64,000 nucleotides of DNA from a bacterium (lineage in GTDB: Bacteria > Methylomirabilota > Methylomirabilia > Methylomirabilales > 2-02-FULL-66-22): the NCBI GenBank assembly GCA_029580855.1, contig JAKPQH010000181.1:16897-80896 (forward strand), in the 5' to 3' direction. A program made the position numbers and the translations under genes. The notes under the pieces are model-generated. The model was not told where the DNA came from, did no database searches, and worked only from the letters and a program-made list of their open reading frames with translations. Shown one piece after another: positions 52,361 through 60,297 of the stretch. Numbering within the stretch: position 1 is the stretch's first letter; every line of letters begins with the position of its first letter.

Positions 52361-53302
52361 GTGAAACACACGATGCGATGGAAGACGCTTGCCCTGGGGG
52401 CCGGCTGCGCCCTCGCCCTGCTGGCCTGCGGGAAGGAGGGTGGCAGCGGCAAGGCTCAGGGGCCGACGGTCCTCAAGGTCAACGACTGGTCGTACACGGC
52501 CGCCGACCTCGAGAAAGACATCGGGCAGGAACTCCGCCGCGCGCCGCGCGAGCTGCAGGCCTTCTTCGCCAGTAAAGACGGGCAGCGGCAGTTTCTCGAG
52601 CGGGTGGCCCGCCGGGAACTCCTGATGCAAGAGGCGGAGAAACGGAAGCTCGGCGATCAGGCCGAGGTGGCCGAGCAGGTCGCGAACCTCCGGCGCGAGT
52701 TGATGATCCGGGCGCTGATCCAGGAGGAGATCGCGGGCAAGGTCAAGGTGGAGGACCAAGACGTCCAGGACTACTTCGCGGCCCACCCGGACGAGTTTTC
52801 GGGCGACACGGTGCGTCTCCGGCACATCCTGGTCCAGACCGAGGGGGAGGCGAAGGAGCTCCAGGCGCGGCTGGCCAGGAACGAATCCTTCGACGAGCTG
52901 GCCAAAAAATTCTCGCGCGACACGAACAGCGCCCCCAAGGGCGGCGATCTGGGATACCTGGGGCGGGAGCAAATGCTGCCCGATTTCGCCCGGGCGGCTT
53001 TTGCGTTGAAGACGAACGAGGTGAGCGACGCGGTGAAGACCCCCTTCGGCTTTCACCTGATCAAGTTGGTCGACCGGAAAAAGGGCGAGGTGCTGACGTT
53101 CGACCAGGTCAAGGGGCAGCTCCAGCGACGCCTCATGGACGAGCGACAGGGCCAGCGCTTCCAGGCCTGGATCAAGGAGCTGGAGACCGGAGCCAAGATC
53201 ACGCGGGACGAGTCGTTGCTGCCGGTCGGGAAGTTTGGTCCCGCCATGCCGCCCGCGCCCGCTGCGCCGGCGGACGCGCCGAAAGCCGGAGGCAAATCGT
53301 GA
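52361..53302 (+). CDS. parvulin-type peptidyl-prolyl isomerase lipoprotein (PrsA/SurA-like)
   Basis: Lipobox LLAC. The PPIC domain is VRLRHILV......A.......F.ELAKKFS.D..SA.KGGDLGY......LP.F..AAF.L....VS..V.T.FGFHLIKL. Confidence 0.85.
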   Translation: MKHTMRWKTLALGAGCALALLACGKEGGSGKAQGPTVLKVNDWSYTAADLEKDIGQELRRAPRELQAFFASKDGQRQFLERVARRELLMQEAEKRKLGDQAEVAEQVANLRRELMIRALIQEEIAGKVKVEDQDVQDYFAAHPDEFSGDTVRLRHILVQTEGEAKELQARLARNESFDELAKKFSRDTNSAPKGGDLGYLGREQMLPDFARAAFALKTNEVSDAVKTPFGFHLIKLVDRKKGEVLTFDQVKGQLQRRLMDERQGQRFQAWIKELETGAKITRDESLLPVGKFGPAMPPAPAAPADAPKAGGKS

Positions 53303-54360
53303 GTCGGGCCGGGCGCGGCGTGTGGCCGGTCCTCTGTGTGCTGGCGGCGGTCGCGCCGGCCGCGGCCCAGATCGCGCCGAAACCGGATGAATCCCGAGGC
53401 ATGGTGCTGGACCGCGTGGTGGCGTCGGTGAACGACGAGGCGGTCACACTCAGCGAGATCCAGGAAGAAGGCCAGCCGGTGATCCGGAAGATCTTTCAGG
53501 ATTTCGTCGGCGCCGAGCGGGACCGGCGCGTCGACGAGGCGGAGCAACGCCTGTTGAAGGATCTTGTCGACCGCCGACTCCTCTACCAGACCGCCAAGAA
53601 AGAGGGCATGCTGCCGTCCACGGCGGAGGTGCAGGGGGCGGTCGAGGAGCTGAAGCGCAACAACAATGCCACGGACGAGACCCAGTTTCGCGCCCTCTTG
53701 AAGTCGGAAGGGTTGACGATCGAACAGGTGCGTCGAACCGTCGGCGAGCGGATCGCCATCGGTCGGTTGCTCGCGCGGCAGGTTCGGTCGGCCATCATCC
53801 TGAGCGAAGAGGAGATCGCGAAGTACTACCAGGCCCACCTGGACAAGTTTCGCCGGGTGCCGGAAGCCGAGATCTATCATGTGTTGTTCGCCCTGGGTCA
53901 AGGCGGCGACGAGGCCCAGGTCCGGCGGCGGGTCGACGAGGCGCTGGCGAAGATCCGCGCCGGCGCGGATTTTGTCGAGACGGCCAAGGCATACTCGAAC
54001 AACTCCTTGGAGTCGGGAGCCGATCTCCTGACGGTGCGCCGGGGCGAGCTGGCTCCCGAGATCGAGGCGGCAGCGTTCAGTCTGTCGCCCGGCGGCGTGA
54101 GCGACCCGATCCGCACCGCGGCGGGCTTTCATCTGATCAAGGTCGAGAAGGTTCGAGCCGATCCGGTCGCACCGCTGTCCGAGGTGCGGGATGCGATCCG
54201 GGAGCAGCTCTTCCAGGAGAAGTACGAGGCGAAGCGCAAAGAGTATCTCGCCGGCCTCCGGGCCAATGCGTCCATCCAGGTTTTTCTGAAAGAGGGGGAG
54301 ATCCTCGGCGGATCCCAGACCGCGAACGACGATCAACCCGCGAACCGCAGGCTCCCGTAG
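53299..54360 (+). CDS. SurA-like chaperone / parvulin PPIase
   Basis: Signal peptide (VLCVLAAVAPAAAQ), a SurA_N-like region (DRVVASVNDEAVTLSE) and a parvulin domain (...GFHLIKVE). It overlaps the previous stop by 4 nt. Confidence 0.85.
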   Translation: MSRAGRGVWPVLCVLAAVAPAAAQIAPKPDESRGMVLDRVVASVNDEAVTLSEIQEEGQPVIRKIFQDFVGAERDRRVDEAEQRLLKDLVDRRLLYQTAKKEGMLPSTAEVQGAVEELKRNNNATDETQFRALLKSEGLTIEQVRRTVGERIAIGRLLARQVRSAIILSEEEIAKYYQAHLDKFRRVPEAEIYHVLFALGQGGDEAQVRRRVDEALAKIRAGADFVETAKAYSNNSLESGADLLTVRRGELAPEIEAAAFSLSPGGVSDPIRTAAGFHLIKVEKVRADPVAPLSEVRDAIREQLFQEKYEAKRKEYLAGLRANASIQVFLKEGEILGGSQTANDDQPANRRLP

Positions 54361-54658
54361 CCCGCATCCTCCGCCACGACGGGATGCGGACCCTGCGGGA
54401 AAGACCGCACCCCATGCATGACCTCCGGAATCGTTCTCGGACCCTCCCGGCGCACGGACGTCGTTCTCGCAGCGATTCCACCGCGGGAATTCCGGGCCGC
54501 GTTGCATCCCGCGACACGCTGCGGTAGGCTTTGCGTGCGCGGCGCGAGGGGTGTCGGGGGGGGATGCCTGCCGCACATCGCGTCGCGGACCTTCGCCGCG
54601 CCTCGTCGGCGAGACGTGTCTCTGGGCGGTGTCGGGTCAAAGCCAGGGGAGGTTACGC

Positions 54659-55828
54659 ATGAAGGCGTGGCCGGTGGTTCGGGGGCGGCTGCACGAGGGT
54701 GCGGCACCGGTCGATATCACGATCGTCGGCGGGCGCATCGAGACGATCCGGCCGGCCGGGGCCGGTCCAGACCTCTCCACGGTCGGCGGGCTGGATTGCC
54801 TGATCGCCGAAGGCTTCCTGGATATCCAGGTCAACGGGTTTGCATCCGTGGACTTCAACCGACCCGAGCTGACGGCGGTGGAGCTGACGCGCGCCACGCA
54901 GGCCATGTGGCGGAGCGGGGTCACGCAGTTCTTTCCCGTCGTGATCACGGCGCCCGTCAAGAGCATGCGGGGGGCGCTCGCCGCCATCGCGCGCGCGCGA
55001 GACGAGGAACCGATCCTGCGCCGCGTCATCCCCGGCATTCACCTGGAGGGCCCGTTTCTGGCGCCGGACGACGGTCCGCGCGGCGCGCACCCCGCCGACG
55101 CCATCCGCGATCCGGACTGGGATCTCTTCCGGCAGTTGCAGGATGCCGCGCGCGGACTCATCCGGTTCGTGACCATGGCGCCGGAGCGGCCGGGCGCCAT
55201 CGACCTTATCTCGCGGCTGCGGCAGGCGGGCATCGTGGTCGGGATCGGGCACAGCGACGCCACGGAGACGGACATCGATCAGGCCATCAGGGCCGGCGCG
55301 CAGATATCCGTCCACCTGGGGAACGGTGCTCATGCCGTATTGCCGCGTCACCGGAACTACATCCAGATGCAGTTGGCCGCGGACGCCCTGATGGCCTCGC
55401 TCATCGTCGACGGACACCACCTGCCTTCTTACGTCGTCAAGAATATGATCCGCTGCAAAGGGGTGGAGCGCGTCGTGCTCATCACCGACGCCATGGCGGC
55501 GGCCGCGGCGCCGCCGGGCGAATACCGGTTGGGCCAGGTTCTGGCGGAGGTGGGGCCGGACGGGTACGTGCGACTGCCCGGGACCCCGTACCTGGCGGGA
55601 TCCGCGCTGACGATGGATCGGGCCGTCGACAACGTGGCGCGGTTTGCCGGCCTCGCGCTGGAGGACGCCCTGCGGCTGGCCGGCCGGCAGCCGCGGCGGC
55701 TCTTTGCGGACCCGGGGGGTGGCGTGACGCCGGGGGGGCCGGCCGACCTGGTCATCCTGCGGAAAGGACCGCCGCTCACGGTCGTCGCGACCATCGTCGA
55801 AGGGGAGGTCGTGTACAAACAGGGTTGA
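54659..55828 (+). CDS. nagA: N-acetylglucosamine-6-phosphate deacetylase
   Basis: GFLDIQVNGF..VDFN, IPGIHLEGPF......GAH, VTMAPE, IGHSDA, HLGN and ITDAM. ATG at 54659 with AGGGGAGG upstream. Confidence 0.9.
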   Translation: MKAWPVVRGRLHEGAAPVDITIVGGRIETIRPAGAGPDLSTVGGLDCLIAEGFLDIQVNGFASVDFNRPELTAVELTRATQAMWRSGVTQFFPVVITAPVKSMRGALAAIARARDEEPILRRVIPGIHLEGPFLAPDDGPRGAHPADAIRDPDWDLFRQLQDAARGLIRFVTMAPERPGAIDLISRLRQAGIVVGIGHSDATETDIDQAIRAGAQISVHLGNGAHAVLPRHRNYIQMQLAADALMASLIVDGHHLPSYVVKNMIRCKGVERVVLITDAMAAAAAPPGEYRLGQVLAEVGPDGYVRLPGTPYLAGSALTMDRAVDNVARFAGLALEDALRLAGRQPRRLFADPGGGVTPGGPADLVILRKGPPLTVVATIVEGEVVYKQG

Positions 55829-55923
55829 GCGGGCCACGACCAACGACCGATTGGGGACCGGCACCTGGGTGGGGTCCGTTGGGCATCGGGAATCGGTCGG
55901 TGGAATTTGAGAAGGAGGCGATT

Positions 55924-56676
55924 ATGGATGTCATTCGGCAGTACCACGAGGCTGTCACGACCATGCTTCAACGGATTGCCGATACCCAGAGCGAGACCAT
56001 CCGCAACGCCGCCCGACGTCTGGCGGAGGCCATCGCGCAGGACCGCTACATCTACGTCATCGGGACGGGGGGGCACTCGTACATCGCCGCCGAAGAGATG
56101 TTCTGGCGGGCCGGTGGTCTGGTGCCGATTTACCCCGTTCTGGACCCGGGTCTGTCCCTGTCCCAGGGGGCCTGGCGCTCGAACCTGATCGAGCGGACCC
56201 CCGGCTACATCATCCCCATTCTCAAGTACCACGGGCTGGGCAAGGGGGACGTCCTCATCGTCTGCAACGCCTACGGGATCAACGCGGCCACCATCGACGC
56301 GGCGCAGGAAGGCAAACGCCTGGGGGCGACGGTGATCGGCGTCACCTCGACGGAGTTCGCGACGCGGACCCCCGCGGACCACCCGTCCCGGCACCCGAGC
56401 CGGCAGAACCTGCACGAGATCGTCGACATCTTCCTGAACACCTGGCTGCCGTACGGCGACGCGGTGGTCGAGGTTCCCGGCTGCCCGCAGAAGGTGGCGC
56501 CCGCGTCCTCGCTCGGCACCGCCTTCGTGTTGCACTGTCTCGTCGCCGCGACGGTGGAGGAGCTGGTCCGGCGCGGGATCGAGCCGCCGATCTGGATGAG
56601 CGCCAACCTGCCCGGCGGGGACGAGGCCAATCGAAAGCACTTCGACAAGCATCTCCGGCGCATCAAATTCTTGTAG
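55924..56676 (+). CDS. SIS domain protein, UPF0309-like
   Basis: IYVIGTGGHSYIAAEEMFWRAGGLVPIYPVLDPGLSL...GDVLIVCNAYGINAATIDAA...GATVIGVTS...PPIWMSANLPGGDEANR closely follows the UPF0309 SIS family as I remember it. GAAGGAGG RBS upstream. Confidence 0.85.
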   Translation: MDVIRQYHEAVTTMLQRIADTQSETIRNAARRLAEAIAQDRYIYVIGTGGHSYIAAEEMFWRAGGLVPIYPVLDPGLSLSQGAWRSNLIERTPGYIIPILKYHGLGKGDVLIVCNAYGINAATIDAAQEGKRLGATVIGVTSTEFATRTPADHPSRHPSRQNLHEIVDIFLNTWLPYGDAVVEVPGCPQKVAPASSLGTAFVLHCLVAATVEELVRRGIEPPIWMSANLPGGDEANRKHFDKHLRRIKFL

Positions 56677-56724
56677 GCACACGCCGTGGGACGGCTGCGC
56701 ACTCTGCAAGCGAAGGAGGAGGCC

Positions 56725-57723
56725 ATGCGGAATCGATGGGGCGTTTGGATCGGGGCGGCCGCCGTAGCCGTGTGGGCCCTGGCCGCGGCGCCGGCCGAGG
56801 CGGCCAAGATCGGCATCAAGCTCGGCCACATTCGCGCGGACACGTCGCCCACCCACAAGGCCGCGGTGAGGTTCGCCGAACTGGTTGGACAGAAGACGAG
56901 CGGCGATGTGGAGATCAAGGTGTTCCCCAACAGTCAGCTCGGCGGCATCCTGGACATGTTCACGGGGATGAAGGCCGGCAGCTTGGAAATGGTGTACGGC
57001 GGGATCAACACCTATGGGTTCATCAAGGGAGGCGAGGTGTTCCAGATCACCGCGGTGCCGTTCTTGTATCGGGACTACGACCACATGCGGCAGGTCTTGA
57101 CCTCGCACGTCTTCCAGACGCATCTCCAGGCGGCGGAGAAGGCCACCGGCGTCAGGGTCATCGCGATCAACGGGGATACGGCGCCGCGCGAGCTTACCAC
57201 CCGGGACAAGCCGGTTCGGACCGCCGCCGATTTCAAGGGGTTGAAGATCCGCATCGCCGAGAGCGCCATGGTCCGGGCGGCCATGCAGAAGCTGGGGGCC
57301 AACCCGCAGGTCATCCCGTTCGCCGATCTGTACATGGCCTTGAAGCAAGGCGTGGTGGACGCCCAGGAAAACGGCGTCATCCCCATCAAGAACATGTCCT
57401 TCTACGAGGTCCAGAAGTACTTCATGCCCACCCATTACATCCGCGACGTGGAGACGTTCTTTATCGGCGCGGAGAAGTGGAAGGGGCTGGATCCGGCGCA
57501 GCAGAAGGCGCTGCGCGAGGCGGCGGAAGAGGCCGGGAACCTGGAGACGCGGTTGACGACGCAGGAGTTGGAGGAGGCGACCAAGTTCCTCTCGACCAAG
57601 ATGACCATCGTGGAGCCGGATCTCGGGTCCATCCGCAGCGCCCTGGAAGGGGTCTACGAGGAGCAGTTCGAGGGCAAGCTCTGGCCCAAGGGGTTGCTCC
57701 AGCAGGTGCGAGAGTTCAAGTAA
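56725..57723 (+). CDS. dctP: TRAP transporter substrate-binding protein
   Basis: ATG at 56725 with AAGGAGGAGG upstream. Signal peptide, then ...NSQLGG......G..AG.LEM... and ...ALKQGVVDAQENG..., typical of DctP. Confidence 0.9.
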   Translation: MRNRWGVWIGAAAVAVWALAAAPAEAAKIGIKLGHIRADTSPTHKAAVRFAELVGQKTSGDVEIKVFPNSQLGGILDMFTGMKAGSLEMVYGGINTYGFIKGGEVFQITAVPFLYRDYDHMRQVLTSHVFQTHLQAAEKATGVRVIAINGDTAPRELTTRDKPVRTAADFKGLKIRIAESAMVRAAMQKLGANPQVIPFADLYMALKQGVVDAQENGVIPIKNMSFYEVQKYFMPTHYIRDVETFFIGAEKWKGLDPAQQKALREAAEEAGNLETRLTTQELEEATKFLSTKMTIVEPDLGSIRSALEGVYEEQFEGKLWPKGLLQQVREFK

Positions 57724-57770
57724 GCGCTCCACGCTCTGAACTGTGGAAAACCGACAACGGACGATACGTA

Positions 57771-57815
57771 ACCGGCCAATGCTTTTGATTGGTCGGTTGT
57801 CGGTTTTTCATTTTG
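57771..57815 (+). terminator. hairpin plus T-tract between dctP and dctM (intra-operon attenuator/terminator)
   Basis: The inner stem is ACCGGCCAAT-gcttttg-ATTGGTCGGT. An outer pairing joins GAAAACCGACAAC (57746-57758) with GTTGTCGGTTTTTC (57796-57809). CATTTTG follows. Confidence 0.5.
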
Positions 57816-57839
57816 CATTGATCTGTCTTGGATCATCGC

Positions 57840-59120
57840 ATGATTGTCCTCCTCTTTGTCTTGCTCTTCGTGCTGTGCGGGCTCGGATTTGAGATCTGGG
57901 CCGCCATGGGCCTTTCCGCCATTCTGTACCTGCTCATCCGCGGCGACGTGCCGTTGAACATCGTGGCGCAGAGCATGGTGGCGGGAGTGGACATCGTCAC
58001 GCTGGTGGCCATCCCCTTCTTCATGCTGGCCGGCGAGCTGATGAACGAGTCGGGGATCACGGAGCGGCTGGTGCGGTTCGCGCAGTATTTCGTCGGGCGC
58101 ATCCGGGGAGGGCTGGCCTATGTCACGGTGATCGTGAACGTGATCATGGCGGGGGTCTCCGGCTCCGCCGTGGCCGACGCCAGCGCGGTGTCCTCGGTGC
58201 TCCTGCCCGCCATGGCGCGGGATGGGTACGACCGCCGTTTCGCTGCGGCGATCAACGCCGCGGCCGCCGTCATCGGCCCCATCATTCCCCCCAGCATTCC
58301 CATGGTGTTCATCGCGGTCATCAGCGACCTCTCGATCGGGCGGCTGTTTCTGGGCGGGGTGGTGCCCGGGCTCCTCATGGGCGTCTTCCTGACCGTGACC
58401 ATCTATTTGTATTCGCTACGCCATGCGCTCCCGGTGACGGCGGTGCGGGGCGGGGTGCGGGAGTTTCTCAGGTTGCTTGCGGACGCTTTTCTGGCCCTCC
58501 TGGCGCCGGTCATCATCCTGGCCGGCGTCGTCTTCGGGGTCGTGACCATCGTGGAGGTGGCGTTCCTGGCCGTCCTCTACGTTCTCTGTGTGGGCATGCT
58601 GGCGTACCGGACGATCCGCCTCTGCGCGCTGCCGGGGATCTTCTCGCGGGCGGCGGCGACCTCCGTCACCATCATGGCGATCTTCGCCTCGGTGGGGGTC
58701 TACTCGTGGATCATCGCCAACGAGCAGCTCGGACCCCAGGTGGCCCGGGCGATCCAGTCGCTCGGTCTGGGTTGGAGCGGTTTCCTGCTTGTCGCCAATC
58801 TGTTCTTCCTCTTCCTGGGATGCATCATGGACGCGGTGCCGGCGATGTTGATCTTCTTCCCGGTGCTGCTGCCAGTCGCCAAAAGTTTGGGGATTGACCC
58901 GATTCACTTCGGCGTGGTGGTGGTCTTGAATCTGATGATCGGCTTGCTGACGCCGCCGGTGGGTGCGCTGCTGTTCCTGGAGGCGAAGCTGGCCGACATC
59001 TCGTTCGGGGAGCTTGTGCGCGCCGTCGGTCCCTACCTGGCGGCGCTGCTCGGCGTGCTGGCCCTGATCACGTATGTGCCGCCGCTCGTGACCGCCGTTC
59101 CCAACTGGGTGTTCCGATGA
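57840..59120 (+). CDS. dctM: TRAP transporter large permease
   Basis: 426-aa polytopic protein with typical DctM motifs (FFMLAGELMN.SGIT.RL, GGLA...V......AGVSGSAVAD, LTPPVG). The ATG at 57840 is preferred to the TTG at 57828. Confidence 0.9.
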   Translation: MIVLLFVLLFVLCGLGFEIWAAMGLSAILYLLIRGDVPLNIVAQSMVAGVDIVTLVAIPFFMLAGELMNESGITERLVRFAQYFVGRIRGGLAYVTVIVNVIMAGVSGSAVADASAVSSVLLPAMARDGYDRRFAAAINAAAAVIGPIIPPSIPMVFIAVISDLSIGRLFLGGVVPGLLMGVFLTVTIYLYSLRHALPVTAVRGGVREFLRLLADAFLALLAPVIILAGVVFGVVTIVEVAFLAVLYVLCVGMLAYRTIRLCALPGIFSRAAATSVTIMAIFASVGVYSWIIANEQLGPQVARAIQSLGLGWSGFLLVANLFFLFLGCIMDAVPAMLIFFPVLLPVAKSLGIDPIHFGVVVVLNLMIGLLTPPVGALLFLEAKLADISFGELVRAVGPYLAALLGVLALITYVPPLVTAVPNWVFR

Positions 59121-59602
59121 CCGGTTGGATATCGCGCGGGCTCCACGGGATGGACCGGGTGTTGTCGGGGGTCATCGGCGCCATCCTCATCGCCGTCTTC
59201 CTTCTGAACCTCTACCAGGTCGGGGGGCGGTACCTCTTCGGCGTCGGCGCGGTGTGGATTCCGGATCTCACGCGCCTCCTGTTTATCTGGATGGTCTTCC
59301 TTGGCACGGCGCTCATGTATCAGCGGAAGCGACACCTGGTCATCGATGTCCTGCTGCTCAAGTTCCCCGGGCCGGCTCGTCGGACGATCGAGGGGCTCAT
59401 CGCGCTCGGGATGCTGGGGCTGGCCAGCGTGATGGCGGCCGTCGGATGGCGCATCATGGAGATTCGCATGGACATCCCATACACCGGCCTGGAGATCCCC
59501 ACGGGGTATGCCTACCTGGCCGTGCCGGTGGCCGCGATCCTGATAGCGCTGGCCAGCCTGGTCAATCTGTGGGAGTGGGTGGGGCAGCGAAAGCGAGAAT
59601 AG
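59117..59602 (+). CDS. dctQ: TRAP transporter small permease
   Basis: 161 aa, four hydrophobic helices. The ATGA overlaps the dctM stop. ...WIPDLTRLLFIWMVFLG... is DctQ-like. Confidence 0.85.
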   Translation: MTGWISRGLHGMDRVLSGVIGAILIAVFLLNLYQVGGRYLFGVGAVWIPDLTRLLFIWMVFLGTALMYQRKRHLVIDVLLLKFPGPARRTIEGLIALGMLGLASVMAAVGWRIMEIRMDIPYTGLEIPTGYAYLAVPVAAILIALASLVNLWEWVGQRKRE

Positions 59603-59705
59603 AGGCACGGGGCCCGTGGCGCCTGCATCGTGTGCGCTCTTCGTGCGGCCACGCGCCGGTGCGCCGGTGACCGGCGCGTACCATGACTATGAGAGGAGCA
59701 GGCAA

Positions 59706-60077
59706 ATGGAATACGTTCGCCAGGTGGATTTCGCAGCGATCGACAAGAGTGGCGCCGATGAGCGGTTGAACCAGGCGCTGCTCGATCATGCCTCGGGGGC
59801 GCAGACGTGCACGGTCTTCTGCATCAAGACACCGCCCGGCGGCGGCTCGCCGGCAGGCCTGCATATCCACGACGTCGACCAGCTGTTCTACATTTTGCGC
59901 GGCACGATGAGTATCGAAATTGAAGGTAAGCAACACGACTGCGGTCCCGGCTCGCTCATCGTCTTTCCAGCCGGGGTGCCGCACCGCAACTGGAACGGCG
60001 GCGGCGAGCCGACCGTCCACCTGGCTTTCAACACGCCCCTGCCGGACCCCGAGAAGCCGTTTGCCAAGTCGGTCTGA
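59706..60077 (+). CDS. cupin domain protein
   Basis: GLHIHDVDQLFYILRGTMSIEIEGKQHDCGPGSLIVFPAGVPHRN carries the two cupin motifs. ATG at 59706 with GAGAGGAG upstream. Confidence 0.8.
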   Translation: MEYVRQVDFAAIDKSGADERLNQALLDHASGAQTCTVFCIKTPPGGGSPAGLHIHDVDQLFYILRGTMSIEIEGKQHDCGPGSLIVFPAGVPHRNWNGGGEPTVHLAFNTPLPDPEKPFAKSV

Positions 60078-60247
60078 CGCGAGCCGTGCTTCCTCGCAAA
60101 CAGCCTACCGTGCGCGCGTCCCGCGAGGCGGCCGCTTGGCGCATCGCCGCGGCGGCTCCCCGCGACCCGGGCGCGTTCCATCGCTACCGCGGCGAGATCC
60201 ATGGTTTGCGAATACACGCGAAAGCATCCCCGTTCTCATCATTCCAG

Positions 60248-60277
60248 TTGACGGCCCCTGATCCTCTTCGGTAGTGT
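60248..60277 (+). promoter_or_regulatory. candidate promoter upstream of hsdR (TTGACG-18-TAGTGT)
   Basis: Hexamer pattern match only, about 20 nt upstream of the hsdR ATG. Confidence 0.25.
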
Positions 60278-60297
60278 CCCCCTGGCTTCCGGGGGCG

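Noticed and set aside
48799-52575. 1258-aa alternate-frame ORF on the same strand as mfd; also 51011..53056(-), 35003..37741(+), 55429..57732(-), 19068..21206(-), 13540..15225(+), 10106..11755(-) and 7293..9431(+)
   Set aside because: All overlap genes with clear homology-type signatures in another frame or strand. All translate to Arg/Gly/Pro/Ala-rich low-complexity sequence. They are artefacts of high G+C.
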